A stretch of 64,000 bases of DNA from positions 110 through 64,109 of the forward strand of contig JAGUYW010000002.1 of the NCBI GenBank assembly GCA_020061105.1, given 5' to 3'. Under the pieces are notes generated by a model. It had not been told where the DNA came from. It saw nothing but the letters and a program-made list of their open reading frames with translations, and did no database searches. This DNA is from Anaerolineales bacterium (GTDB lineage: Bacteria > Chloroflexota > Anaerolineae > Anaerolineales > UBA4823). This document shows, piece by piece, positions 1 through 9,740 of this stretch (the stretch's first letter is position 1; every line of letters starts with the position of its first letter). The translations under genes and the position numbers were made by a program.

Positions 1-1008
1 GGCCTTGATCCTGCGGTCCTGAACTACGGTCACGTCGATGGACTCTTTCGCTTCCCCGATAGACACGGTGACCCGGTACCTTCCCGGTGCCACCCGCGCC
101 CCGGCGAAGCCCTGGGCTGCCTGCGCGCCTGCACCCTGGAGAGCGGCTGCGGTACAACCCAGTTCTGCCGCACTTGCGGCGTCGTCAACGCCATCCTGGC
201 CAGCCAGGGCGGGCAGAGCGACACCCGCGAGTGCCGTATGCTGCGCGCCAACGGCGAAGCCCTCGACCTGCGCGTGACTGCCACCCCCCTCACTATCGGC
301 AAGGAAGACTTCACCCTGTTCTCAGCGGTCGATATCGGTCACGAAAAGCGCCGCCGGGCGTTGGAGCGCATCTTCTTTCACGATGTGCTGAACACCGCCA
401 CCGGCATTTTGGGCTGGGCTGAGATGTTGAACACCGCCCGCCCCGAAGAACTACCCGAATTTCAAAGCACCATCCACAACCTGACTTCCCGCCTGATCGA
501 CGAAGTTCACAATCAACAAACCTTGAGCGCCGCCGAGAGCAAGCAGCTGGTGGTACGCCCCGGCCCGATCGCCTCGCTCGACTTGCTGCAGCGTTTGACG
601 AGCAGCTACAGCAAGCACCCGGTCGCCCGCCAGCGCGCCATCCTGATCGCCCCTGACACCGAACAGGTCTGCCTGACCAGCGACGAGGGCTTGCTGCTGC
701 GCGTGCTCGGCAACATGTTGAAAAACGCCCTGGAGGCCTGCCAACCCGGCGAAACCGTCACCCTGGGCTGCCGGCGCATCGGGGACAGCTTGGACTTTTG
801 GGTGCACAACCCCAACCCGATGCCCGAAGAAGTGCAACTGCAGATCTTTCAACGCTCCTTCTCCACCAAGGGCGCCGGGCGCGGCCTGGGCGCCTACAGC
901 ATGCGCCTGCTGGGCGAACAATACCTGCAAAGCAAAGTCTATTTCACCTCCGACCCGCATGGAACCACCTTCAACCTGCGCTGCCCGATAAGCCTATCAC
1001 TCCCCTAG
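1..1008 (+). CDS. Sensor histidine kinase with Cys-rich N-terminal sensor region (5' partial)
   Basis: Frame is open from base 1; RPGEALGC..GCGTTQFCRTCG motif, H-box FFHDVLN, N-box NMLKNALEA, G-boxes FSTKGAGRGLG. Confidence 0.85.
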   Translation, partial: GLDPAVLNYGHVDGLFRFPDRHGDPVPSRCHPRPGEALGCLRACTLESGCGTTQFCRTCGVVNAILASQGGQSDTRECRMLRANGEALDLRVTATPLTIGKEDFTLFSAVDIGHEKRRRALERIFFHDVLNTATGILGWAEMLNTARPEELPEFQSTIHNLTSRLIDEVHNQQTLSAAESKQLVVRPGPIASLDLLQRLTSSYSKHPVARQRAILIAPDTEQVCLTSDEGLLLRVLGNMLKNALEACQPGETVTLGCRRIGDSLDFWVHNPNPMPEEVQLQIFQRSFSTKGAGRGLGAYSMRLLGEQYLQSKVYFTSDPHGTTFNLRCPISLSLP

Positions 1009-1010
1009 CC

Positions 1011-1538
1011 ATGACCACTGAACCCAAACCCAAAAAGACCCCTCCTGTCCCACCTCCAGACCCCATGCCGCCCAAGGCATTCAGCCCTTTGCTGCCGGGT
1101 GAATTTCGTAGCCAGATGATCACCGCGGTGGTTTTCTTACTGGGCGGTTTCTTGGGTCTCCTGGCGCGCATGGACTCCTATACCTTTGAAACGATCGCCA
1201 ATGATTATGGGGTCATGGTATGGTTGCTGACCTGCGGCTTTCCCATACTGTGGTTGGTCGCAATCATCCTGACTCTGAAAGCTGCCCGCCATCGTCGCCA
1301 GACCATTCAATTCGATACGCAACGCCAGATGGTCAAAGGCGAGATCACCTATCTGTGGTCGGATAAATCGGAGGGTAAGAAATACTTTGCCGCCTATCTC
1401 TACCTGGATGGGCTGCAAGCCTACCAGCAAGTGCACCCGCGCACCTTCAAGCGCCTGCAGATCGGCGAGGCAGCGGTGGTGGAATACTTACCAGACAAGC
1501 CGCAAGTATCGATCTTGAATTTGAATATTAAAAGCTGA
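1011..1538 (+). CDS. Hypothetical membrane protein (2 TM, Pro-rich N-terminus)
   Basis: ATG 2 nt after kinase stop; two hydrophobic segments then a soluble C-terminus. Confidence 0.65.
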   Translation: MTTEPKPKKTPPVPPPDPMPPKAFSPLLPGEFRSQMITAVVFLLGGFLGLLARMDSYTFETIANDYGVMVWLLTCGFPILWLVAIILTLKAARHRRQTIQFDTQRQMVKGEITYLWSDKSEGKKYFAAYLYLDGLQAYQQVHPRTFKRLQIGEAAVVEYLPDKPQVSILNLNIKS

Positions 1539-1553
1539 TGGATTGCTACCCGT

Positions 1554-2552
1554 CTATCGTCCGGCCAGGATGATAGACGCCCACAAACTGACCCAGCGAT
1601 CCGTCTCCTCCCCAGCGCCCATCTCCTTCCAGGTGCGCTGGCGGTAAGGGCTGCTGCCGCGCCAACGACCGTTTTTGCCGCGCTGCTGCGCCAGCCAATC
1701 CATCGCCGGCTGCGCCCCGGGGTGATCCAGAGCGCCTGATTCGTGCAGTACGCGCAAGGTAAACAGGATATCGGTCTGGTAGAACAAGGGGAAATTCAAC
1801 TTGAACCACAGCGGGTGGATGCTCGCTCTCTCCGGTGTCGGGTAATCCGCCTGCGCCAACCTGCCTGCCTCGAGCAAAAATTCCACCCCGCTGCGGATGG
1901 CTTGCTGCACTTCCGGTGAACGCCCGGTTTCGGGCAGCTTCGCCAACCCCCATAACGCACGCGCCACACCCCAGGCGCACGGGTAGCCATAGTTGTATTC
2001 GCAGCGACAGCCATCGTTCATCACATCATGCACCAGGTATTCCACGATCGCCCCCTGGCGCTCGTCATCCAAACGCCCAGCGTGGGCGATGTAGCGCAGC
2101 ATGTTGCCCCACAAACACGACCAGCCGCCGCGACCGCTCTGCCTGCGCCGCTGCATGTCTGAACCCAAGGCAGCGAGCATATACTCGACACTGCGCGGGT
2201 AAGGCGAGTCCAGGTCGCTGGCGCGATAGGAGCCAACCAAAGCCAGCATCGCCTCCACCCCGCGCTGGAAGCGTGGATCGGCGCCGCCCACCTCCAACTC
2301 TGCCAACAAGGTCATGCTCCAGTGGGTGCTTCGATACTTGGGTTGGTAATAGTTGTTCTCACCGCGCCAGGCGCCACTTTCAGATTGGTGGGATAGGATA
2401 GCCGGCGCCGGGCCTTGAGCCATAATCGCATTCCTGGCTGCCTGCACCTGTGGATCGTCGAGCGGCAGTTTTTGCAAATCGACCAGGGCGCGGTAGCGGA
2501 TGGTGGGTGTTTCTGCAGCCAACAACCAGGGGATCAGGTCGCTATCGGGCAT
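1554..2552 (-). CDS. Prenyltransferase/squalene-cyclase repeat (alpha-alpha toroid) protein
   Basis: Q.ESGAW and QQRGKNGRW repeat-like motifs, YYQPKYRSTHW, FPLFYQTDIL; GAAAGGA SD before ATG 2552. Confidence 0.7.
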   Translation of the reverse strand: MPDSDLIPWLLAAETPTIRYRALVDLQKLPLDDPQVQAARNAIMAQGPAPAILSHQSESGAWRGENNYYQPKYRSTHWSMTLLAELEVGGADPRFQRGVEAMLALVGSYRASDLDSPYPRSVEYMLAALGSDMQRRRQSGRGGWSCLWGNMLRYIAHAGRLDDERQGAIVEYLVHDVMNDGCRCEYNYGYPCAWGVARALWGLAKLPETGRSPEVQQAIRSGVEFLLEAGRLAQADYPTPERASIHPLWFKLNFPLFYQTDILFTLRVLHESGALDHPGAQPAMDWLAQQRGKNGRWRGSSPYRQRTWKEMGAGEETDRWVSLWASIILAGR

Positions 2553-2602
2553 GGGGATCCATCCTTTCAAATCCTTTTTTTATCTGGATTATTTGCGTGA
2601 CA

Positions 2603-2635
2603 GGTGCAAGGCATCAAAACCAGATGCCTTGCACC
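2603..2635. repeat. Perfect 13-bp inverted repeat (REP-like or terminator)
   Basis: GGTGCAAGGCATC-AAAACCA-GATGCCTTGCACC; related copy at 57301-57331. Confidence 0.7.
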
Positions 2636-2762
2636 CGGGAAGCTTGTCCTGCAAAAGCAAATGGGAGCCTGTAAGCATTGTACAACTGCTTACCGACTCC
2701 CACAAGAGTAAATTTTGCCATTTTCAACCGCTCACCCCCTGGTTTCACTGTTTTTCTGCGGA

Positions 2763-4511
2763 TTACTCCAATAACCGGCCTTGTAAGGCCAACTCCTCTT
2801 GATCTTGCATCCACGCCGCCAGTTCGGACGGGACAGGGGAAACGGGGTGCTGCCCGACTACCAACCGCCCGCTCTCATCGAGCCGTTCGGTGATGTTGGC
2901 CTGCAAGTTCTCGTCCAGGGCGGGGTAGTCTGAACGCTGGTGGGCGCCGCGGCTCTCGCGCCGCGCCAGCGCCCCCAGCAGGCTGGCCTTGGCAGCCAAC
3001 AGCGAGCCGCGCAAATCCAGGGCGATGGCCAGGTCACGGTAGCCTTCGGCGTCCGGGCGCACATCCACGCTCCGGGCGGCCTCTTCCAATTCGGCGATGC
3101 GCTGCAAGCCTTGCTGCATGCGGGTTTCATCGCGCACCACCCCACAGGTCTCCCACATCGTATCGCGCAAGGCGCGCTGCAGCGGGCGGGCCAGTTCGTC
3201 ACCCGGTTGAATCAGGCTGTCCAGTTCTTCGTGGGCGGCTTTCACCAGCGAATGACTGCGCAGTTGGGCGCTGATGCCGGATGAAAAGCGCGCCGCCGCT
3301 TGCCCGGCGCGCCGTCCAAAGACCAGGATCTCAGCCAGCGAGTTGCCGCCCAGGCGGTTGGCGCCGTGCACCCCGCAGGTCACTTCGCCGGCGGCGTACA
3401 AGCCCTGGATCTCGGTGGCGTGCGTCTCAGGCTCGACCACCACCCCGCCCATCGAATAGTGGGCAGTAGGGGCCACTTCCATAGCCTGGCGCGAGATATC
3501 CAGCATTTGCGTCTCCATGAATTGGCGGTACATGCGGGGGATTTTTTGCAAGATGAAGCTTTTTTCGCGGTGGCTGATATCCAGGAAAACGCCGCCGTGC
3601 GGCCCGCCGCGCCCTTCGATGATCTCGGTGTAATTGGCCAGCGCCACGCGGTCGCGGGTGGAAAGTTCCATGCGCTGCGGGTCGTAGCGGCTCATGAAGC
3701 GCTCGCCCAGGGCGTTGAACAGCCGCCCGCCTTCGCCGCGCACCGCCTCGGTCACCAGCACGCCCGCCATGTCCTCCGGGTAGACCATCCCGGTGGGATG
3801 AAACTGCACCAGTTCCATATCCGCCACGGCGCAGCCGGCTTGCAAGGCCAGGTACATGCCGTCGCCGGTGTTTTCGTCGCGGCGGGAGGAGCTGCGCCGC
3901 CAGATGCGGTTGTGGCCGCCGGCTGCCAGAATGACGGCGTCGGCGTAATAGACAGTGCGCTCGCCGCTGTGGATATCGAAAGCCATGGCTCCGAAACATA
4001 CGCCCTCGTGCACCAAAAGACGCGAGACGTACTGGTGCTCGCGGATCGGGATGCGCAGTTCTTCCACCTTTTGCGCCAGCGTGTCGATGATGGCGCGCCC
4101 GGTGTAATCAGCGGCGAAGCAGGTGCGGCGGTATTTGTGCGCCCCAAAAAAGCGCTGGTTGAGCGCGCCATCTGGGGTGCGGTCAAATTCGCAGCCCCAT
4201 TCGGCCAGTTCGAGCACGGCTTGCGGGGCCTCGCGGGTTAAGATTTCGACGGTGTGCGGATCGGACAGAAAATAGCCCTCGTGCAGCGTGTCGGCAAAGT
4301 GCTGCTGCCAGCTATCTTGCGGGTCGACCGTACCCAGGGCGGCGTTGATGCCGCCGGCCGCCAGCACAGTGTGGGCGTCTTTGCGCATGCGCTTGCCCAC
4401 GATCACCACTTCGCTGCCAGCCTGGTGAGCGGCGATCGCCGCTCGCAGCCCTGCCCCGCCAGAGCCGATCACCAGGATGTTGGTTACATTGGTACGATGA
4501 GCGTTGTCCAT
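2763..4511 (-). CDS. Stand-alone succinate dehydrogenase/fumarate reductase/L-aspartate oxidase-like flavoprotein
   Basis: GSGGAGLRAA FAD motif, AHTVLAAGGINA, QFHPTG, EAVRGEGG, HYSMGG, HGANRLGGNSL, ESRGAH. Confidence 0.9.
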   Translation of the reverse strand: MDNAHRTNVTNILVIGSGGAGLRAAIAAHQAGSEVVIVGKRMRKDAHTVLAAGGINAALGTVDPQDSWQQHFADTLHEGYFLSDPHTVEILTREAPQAVLELAEWGCEFDRTPDGALNQRFFGAHKYRRTCFAADYTGRAIIDTLAQKVEELRIPIREHQYVSRLLVHEGVCFGAMAFDIHSGERTVYYADAVILAAGGHNRIWRRSSSRRDENTGDGMYLALQAGCAVADMELVQFHPTGMVYPEDMAGVLVTEAVRGEGGRLFNALGERFMSRYDPQRMELSTRDRVALANYTEIIEGRGGPHGGVFLDISHREKSFILQKIPRMYRQFMETQMLDISRQAMEVAPTAHYSMGGVVVEPETHATEIQGLYAAGEVTCGVHGANRLGGNSLAEILVFGRRAGQAAARFSSGISAQLRSHSLVKAAHEELDSLIQPGDELARPLQRALRDTMWETCGVVRDETRMQQGLQRIAELEEAARSVDVRPDAEGYRDLAIALDLRGSLLAAKASLLGALARRESRGAHQRSDYPALDENLQANITERLDESGRLVVGQHPVSPVPSELAAWMQDQEELALQGRLLE

Positions 4512-4524
4512 AATGGTCTCCTTT

Positions 4525-5004
4525 TCAAGGTTCCGGATCGATCCTGCCGCCGCGCACAGTAGCGCCCAAAACCAGCCCGGCGCCGATGATAGCCAGGTTT
4601 TTGATGATATACTGCCCTTCCAGCGTCAGTCCGTACGGAAAGACTGTCCACACAGCCTGCGGCAGAAACAAGAGCGGTGAAGTCGTGCCGATCATTTGGG
4701 CAAACAACAGCAGCAAAGTCAGGCGCATGAACTTGCCGCTCAGCAGTCCGAGGCCGATGACGATTTCCCAGATCGCCAGCACGGGTTGGAAAATATCCGG
4801 ATCGATGAACACAATCGTGCTGCGCACCAGGTCTTCAGCCGGGCTCAGCCCGGGAACCAGCTTGAGCGCCCCAAACCACACGAAGATCACCCCCAGACCA
4901 AGCCGCAAGACCAGCAAGCCGTACTGCGCCATCCAGCGTGTGATGCGCCGGTCGACCTGGTGAAATTTGCGCTCTAAAGCGTTGAAATAGGTTGTCAGTT
5001 TCAT
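4525..5004 (-). CDS. DoxX/DUF417 (RclC-like) membrane protein
   Basis: [16 protein letters not shown]...GQYIIKNL, about 4 TM segments. Confidence 0.8.
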   Translation of the reverse strand: MKLTTYFNALERKFHQVDRRITRWMAQYGLLVLRLGLGVIFVWFGALKLVPGLSPAEDLVRSTIVFIDPDIFQPVLAIWEIVIGLGLLSGKFMRLTLLLLFAQMIGTTSPLLFLPQAVWTVFPYGLTLEGQYIIKNLAIIGAGLVLGATVRGGRIDPEP

Positions 5005-5056
5005 AAGATTCTCCTATCGGTAGGAACCATTATAATAAAGATATTGTAGATACATA

Positions 5057-5074
5057 TTGTACCATTATTCACAA
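5057..5074. promoter_or_regulatory. Possible Rex-like operator upstream of the doxX-flavoprotein operon
   Basis: TTGTACCATTATTCACAA compared with consensus TTGTGAAnnnnTTCACAA. Confidence 0.4.
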
Positions 5075-5266
5075 TCATTGTAGCCATAATTCATGAGATG
5101 GCAATTAAGGGAAACCGAGAGTTCGCTTAATCCCCCTACCCTGATAGGCTATGCAAGTGCAAGGCGCCCGTAGCCGTGTCGCGTTTCGGCTTGTCTATCC
5201 CTCGCAAAGCCAAGCTGCTTTTTACCGCCCTGCTGCACCATCTGCTCTTCCCCGACACCCTGACAT

Positions 5267-6568
5267 TCATTTTCCGCCGATCGGCGGTTGAACCGTAGAA
5301 GACCAGGCGTCTTTCTTTTCGGTAAGCAGCGGCAAAGTGAAGTAGAAGCGGCTGCCCTGCCCGGGGGCGCTTTCGACCGCCAGCTGCCCGCCATGCGCCT
5401 CGACAATGCCGCGGGCGATGGCTAAGCCCAAACCAGCCCCCCCCTTCTGGCGGCTGCCCGAATTATCCGCCCGGTAGAAGCGTTCGAAAATATATGGCCG
5501 GTCGCTGGCGGCGATGCCTTCGCCGCTATCGACCACTTCGACGCACACCTGGTTCTCTAGCGGAAAAGCGCGCAACTGCACATGACCGCCAGGCGGGGTA
5601 TGGCGCAAAGCGTTGTGCACCAGGTTACTCAAGACGCGACCGATTTGCTGCACGTCGATCAAGATCCGGTCGCAGCTGGCGGCAATCGAGCCATTCAAAT
5701 CAATCTGCTGGCGAGCAGCCATTTCAGAAAAACTTTCCAACGTATCCGAGAGCAAATCCGTCAAAGAAGCCGGTTCACGGTTCAATTTGAGGCCCCCGGC
5801 GTCGATTTGCGCCATCTGGAACAGGTCATCGATCAGAGCGGAAAGGTTGCGAATATCGCGTTGGGCAATCGCCAGGTAACGCTGCACGGTTTGAGGATCT
5901 TCCACCACCCCATCTGCCAGCGCCTCCACAATCGCCCGGATGGATGCCAGCGGGGTTTGCAGATCGTGGCTGACCCAGGCGATCAGCTCGCGCCGCAAAT
6001 TATCTAGCTGGTTTTGCTTTTGGGCGGCCTCGTGCAGGCGCTCGGCCATCTGGTTGAAAGTTTGCGCCAGCGCGGCCAGCTCGTCTCGCCCGTTGAGTGG
6101 AACGCGCGCGGTCAGGTCTCCAGCCTGGATCTGCCGGGCAGCCTGGTCTAATCTTTCGATACGGTTGGTCAAGGCGGTGGAGAAAAAATATCCCAACACC
6201 AGGGCAATGCCGGCGGCAAAGACCAGCAAGACGGTCGCCAGCAGCAGGTCGTGCTGGCTGGCAAACATCAGGCGCGCCGTCACCCAGACGTTGAAAAAGG
6301 TCAGCAGGCTAGCCAGAGCGTAACTGCCCAGCAAAGTCCAACGCAGGTTCGGGGAATGCTGGATCCAGTTCAAACGATAGGCGGCATACCCAGCCAGGGC
6401 GGAAATCAGCGCCGTGGCAGTCAGAAACAACGCCATCAGGCTGAGTTCGTGCATGGGCGGGTACATCAGCAGGTAGAAAAAACCCAATGAAAGCGCCAGG
6501 ATGAGAAGAATCCCCAACAGGTAGCGCAGCGGCAGCGCCCAGCCGGGCTGGTTTGGCGTTGTTTGCAT
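5267..6568 (-). CDS. HAMP-domain sensor histidine kinase (BaeS-like)
   Basis: TM segments, HAMP, VSHDLQTPL, NALRHT, GGAGLGLAI. Confidence 0.92.
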   Translation of the reverse strand: MQTTPNQPGWALPLRYLLGILLILALSLGFFYLLMYPPMHELSLMALFLTATALISALAGYAAYRLNWIQHSPNLRWTLLGSYALASLLTFFNVWVTARLMFASQHDLLLATVLLVFAAGIALVLGYFFSTALTNRIERLDQAARQIQAGDLTARVPLNGRDELAALAQTFNQMAERLHEAAQKQNQLDNLRRELIAWVSHDLQTPLASIRAIVEALADGVVEDPQTVQRYLAIAQRDIRNLSALIDDLFQMAQIDAGGLKLNREPASLTDLLSDTLESFSEMAARQQIDLNGSIAASCDRILIDVQQIGRVLSNLVHNALRHTPPGGHVQLRAFPLENQVCVEVVDSGEGIAASDRPYIFERFYRADNSGSRQKGGAGLGLAIARGIVEAHGGQLAVESAPGQGSRFYFTLPLLTEKKDAWSSTVQPPIGGK

Positions 6569-6582
6569 TGCTCAGGCCTCCC

Positions 6583-7272
6583 TTATGGCTCGAATTTGTA
6601 GCCCACGCCCCACACAGTCAGTAAATGGCGCGGCTCAGATGGGTTGGCTTCGATTTTTTCACGCAGGCGGCGGATATGCACCGTCACTGTGCTCGGGTCA
6701 ATGTAATCGGACAGGCCCCAGATCGATTCTAGCAGTTGGTCGCGGGTGAAAACTTGCCGCGGGTGGCGCGCCATCCACCACAGCATATCGAACTCTTTTG
6801 CGGTCAGGAATTGCTCCTGCTCAGCAACGATCACCGTGCGCGAGAGCGGGTCGATGTGCAGATCCGTAAAGACCAGCGGCGTTTCGGCGCTATCCTGGGC
6901 GCTCTTGTTCGCCCGGCGCAGCACCGCCCGCACCCGGCTGACCAGTTCCTGCGGACTGAACGGCTTGACGACGTAATCATCCGCCCCCATTTCAAGCCCG
7001 GCGATGCGGTCGCTCTCTTCGCGGCGGGCGGTGAGCATGATGATCGGCGTATCGCTGCGGTCGCGCAGCCAGCGCGTGAGCGCAAAGCCATCCAACGAGG
7101 GCAGCATGATATCCAGCACTACCAGCGCCGGCATTTGGCGCTCCATGCCGTTCAAAGCCGCTTGACCATCATGATACACCTGCACCTGGTAGCCGGCTCT
7201 GCGCAAATACAGGCTGATCACCTCGGCAATGCTCGTTTCGTCTTCAACGACTGCAATCAATGTTCCTCGCAT
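6583..7272 (-). CDS. OmpR/PhoB-family response regulator
   Basis: VEDE, LDIMLP, GADDYVVKPF, VHIRRLREKIE, VWGVGYKF. Confidence 0.95.
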   Translation of the reverse strand: MRGTLIAVVEDETSIAEVISLYLRRAGYQVQVYHDGQAALNGMERQMPALVVLDIMLPSLDGFALTRWLRDRSDTPIIMLTARREESDRIAGLEMGADDYVVKPFSPQELVSRVRAVLRRANKSAQDSAETPLVFTDLHIDPLSRTVIVAEQEQFLTAKEFDMLWWMARHPRQVFTRDQLLESIWGLSDYIDPSTVTVHIRRLREKIEANPSEPRHLLTVWGVGYKFEP

Positions 7273-7331
7273 GATGCTTTCTCCCACCACACATTATATC
7301 CGCTGCGACTGCTGCGTAGCCAAAAAATCTG

Positions 7332-7400
7332 TTACAGAATGCTTACAAAACCTCGCGTTCCATTCATGGTTTGGTAATGATTATGCTGTTCTTTTGTAAG
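7332..7400. promoter_or_regulatory. Putative OmpR-type binding sites in the divergent promoter
   Basis: TTACA-N6-TTACA direct repeat with 11-bp pitch at 7332-7347; inverted CTTACAAAA copy at 7392-7400. Confidence 0.5.
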
Positions 7401-7455
7401 AGGTTGTGGATAAGATAAGCGTATTCTATTCGATCCTAACAATTTGGAGGTAAAC

Positions 7456-8169
7456 ATGCAACCGCGAAAATTTTTGGTATTAACCCTGACGATCCTGTCC
7501 CTGGTGATCTCTTCATGCAGCCCAGCAGCCGCGCCTGACAAGATGATGGACAAACCTGCAACAGAGGCGATGATGGAGAAGCCAGCCACAGAAGCTATGA
7601 TGGAGAAACCAACCGAAGACGGCATGGCGAAAGAAATCATGGCGACCGAGGCGCCAGAGGCGATGATGGAAAAGCCGACCGAAGAAGCCATGAAAGACGA
7701 CGAGATGATGGTTGAGCTGCCGGCTTGGTTTAGCGCTGGCCTGGTCGATGTTCGCAACGGGCAGACTTTCACGATCAACGATCTCAAAGGCAAAGTGATC
7801 CTGGTCGAGATGCTGGCAATGTGGTGCTCCAACTGCCTGAAACAGCAGAAACAGGTGCTCGAACTACACCAGCTGCTCGGCGAGAAGGGCGATTTTATCT
7901 CGATCGGCCTGGATATCGATGCGAACGAGGACGCCAACAGCTTGAAGGGCTACATCGAGCGCAACGGCTTCAACTGGGTGTACGCTGTATCGCCAGCTGA
8001 AGTATCGCGAGAAATCAGCAACCTGTACGGCGGGCAGTTCATCAACCCGCCCTCCACCCCGATGTTGATTATCGACCGGCATGGCAAGGCGCATATCCTG
8101 CCATTCGGTGTCAAGAGCGCTGCGCAGCTTCTCGAAGCGCTGAAACCCTTCTTGGAAGAAGACATGTAA
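7456..8169 (+). CDS. Lipoprotein: Met-rich repeat linker plus TlpA/ResA thioredoxin domain
   Basis: Lipobox ISSC, MMEKPATEA-type repeats, WCSNC motif; GGAGG SD. Confidence 0.85.
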   Translation: MQPRKFLVLTLTILSLVISSCSPAAAPDKMMDKPATEAMMEKPATEAMMEKPTEDGMAKEIMATEAPEAMMEKPTEEAMKDDEMMVELPAWFSAGLVDVRNGQTFTINDLKGKVILVEMLAMWCSNCLKQQKQVLELHQLLGEKGDFISIGLDIDANEDANSLKGYIERNGFNWVYAVSPAEVSREISNLYGGQFINPPSTPMLIIDRHGKAHILPFGVKSAAQLLEALKPFLEEDM

Positions 8170-8233
8170 GGCGCGGCAGCTATCCCTGATCCCCCACCAC
8201 CTGGACATCTACTTCTCTCAAAAAGGCGCTTTC

Positions 8234-8911
8234 ATGACTCTCGATACGATAATTACTGCTCTGTCTTTGGGCTTACTGGCAACCACCAGCCCGTGTGTGC
8301 TGCCGCTCTACCCCGGCTTTCTGGCTTACCTTAGCGGTGGGCAGCAAGGCCTGGCGGAATCCCGGGCCCGGTATTTCCTGGGCGTCTTCGTGCTTTTGGG
8401 AGTGTTGGTGATGATGCTGGCGCTGGGCGGGCTGATTGCGCTGCTATCGATCTCGATTGGCAGCGCGCTCAGCCTGATCATCCCGCTCGCTGATCTGTTG
8501 ATCATCGGCCTGGGGGCGCTGCTGCTGCTTGACAAAAACCCATTCAAAGCCCTGCCGCAAATCCAGGCGCCGGTATTCTCCAACCCTTTCCTGAACGCCT
8601 TTCTGTACGGATTGCTGTACGGGCCGATTGCGCTTCCGTGCTCCGGCCCGTTAGTGGTGGGCATCTTCGCCTTCTCGCTCACAGCCGGAGAAGCGCTGAG
8701 CAAACTATGGATTTTTCTGTGGTTTGGAGTTGGTTTTGGTCTGCCGCTGCTGGCGCTCTCGCTGCTTTCCGGCGCGCTGCAGCGCAGCATCACGCGCCTG
8801 TTTGCCCGGCACAGCCGGGCGATCAACCTGATCGGCGGCGTGATCCTGGTAGGCGTGGGGGTTTTCGATCTGATCAACAACTGGGAACTGGTGCGCTCGT
8901 TCTTGGGGTAA
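8234..8911 (+). CDS. ccdA: CcdA/DsbD transmembrane electron-transfer protein
   Basis: SPCVLPLYP and LPCSGP conserved Cys motifs, about 6 TM. Confidence 0.85.
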   Translation: MTLDTIITALSLGLLATTSPCVLPLYPGFLAYLSGGQQGLAESRARYFLGVFVLLGVLVMMLALGGLIALLSISIGSALSLIIPLADLLIIGLGALLLLDKNPFKALPQIQAPVFSNPFLNAFLYGLLYGPIALPCSGPLVVGIFAFSLTAGEALSKLWIFLWFGVGFGLPLLALSLLSGALQRSITRLFARHSRAINLIGGVILVGVGVFDLINNWELVRSFLG

Positions 8912-8965
8912 CATACTCCCCGGTTGGACTCCCGGGAGGAGTGCGGCCGGGGATGTGGGCTGCTT

Positions 8966-9367
8966 TTAGCGGGCTTTCACCTTCTTCCCCTTCCCCCTCT
9001 CCTCCGCCGCCTTTAAATTCTCCGCTACCCTGAACTTCACCATCTCACCGATCAACGCCAGCGGCAATGGCTGGTCGAGTGGAAATTGCACCGAGCCTTT
9101 GGCGTTTTGATAGCCAGCTAACTCTTTCGCAAACGAGGCAATCCCGCTAGGCGTCGGGTAGAAGCCGATGTGCTTCTTGAAGGCCGCAAAATGCACCAGG
9201 TTGCCGTGCAAGAAGAAAGTGGGCATCTGGTAGCTGATCTTCTCCTGCGCCTGGGGAGCGGCGACCTGGATGGCGGCGCGCATTTGCTGCAGCTTCACCT
9301 GCACATCTTCAGGAAAGCTGGCAATATATTCATCGATGGAAGTAAAGGTCGTTTTCGGATCGCTCAT
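8966..9367 (-). CDS. DUF1801/YdhG-like protein
   Basis: SIDEYIASFP..EKISYQMPTF..HFAAFKKHIGFYP..KGSVQFP. Confidence 0.88.
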   Translation of the reverse strand: MSDPKTTFTSIDEYIASFPEDVQVKLQQMRAAIQVAAPQAQEKISYQMPTFFLHGNLVHFAAFKKHIGFYPTPSGIASFAKELAGYQNAKGSVQFPLDQPLPLALIGEMVKFRVAENLKAAEERGKGKKVKAR

Positions 9368-9371
9368 GGCA

Positions 9372-9725
9372 TCATTCCTCCGTGGAATAAGCTGCTCTTT
9401 CTTCGGCGGCGCTCAAAGCCAACCCACCTGGCTGCAACGGCCTGACTTCGATGTCCAGGCGCTCGCCCAGGGCGTCTTGCACCTTATCCAGGTCATACTG
9501 GGTTTGCAGGCCCAGCCAGAAACGCGCCGAATTGCCAAAGAAGCGTGCCAGGCGCAGGGCGGTATCGGCGGTGATGCTGCGCTTGCCCAAGACGATCTCG
9601 TTAATGCGGCGCGGATGCACGCCGATGGCAAGCGCCAGGCGGCTCTGACTCATCCCCAAGGGTTTGAGAAATTCTTCCTGCAGTACTTCGCCAGGATGTA
9701 CAGGGGTTAATATATCTGATTTCAT
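9372..9725 (-). CDS. higA: HigA-family antitoxin (Xre HTH)
   Basis: PVHPGEVLQEEFL..RINEIVLGKRSITADTALRLARFFG..FWLGLQ. Confidence 0.93.
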   Translation of the reverse strand: MKSDILTPVHPGEVLQEEFLKPLGMSQSRLALAIGVHPRRINEIVLGKRSITADTALRLARFFGNSARFWLGLQTQYDLDKVQDALGERLDIEVRPLQPGGLALSAAEERAAYSTEE

Positions 9726-9740
9726 ACCAACACCTACTTT

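Noticed and set aside
3300-4241. 313-aa plus-strand ORF (and the similar 10276-11346, 51874-52794 and 56410-57384 ORFs)
   Set aside because: Antisense shadows of well-supported genes
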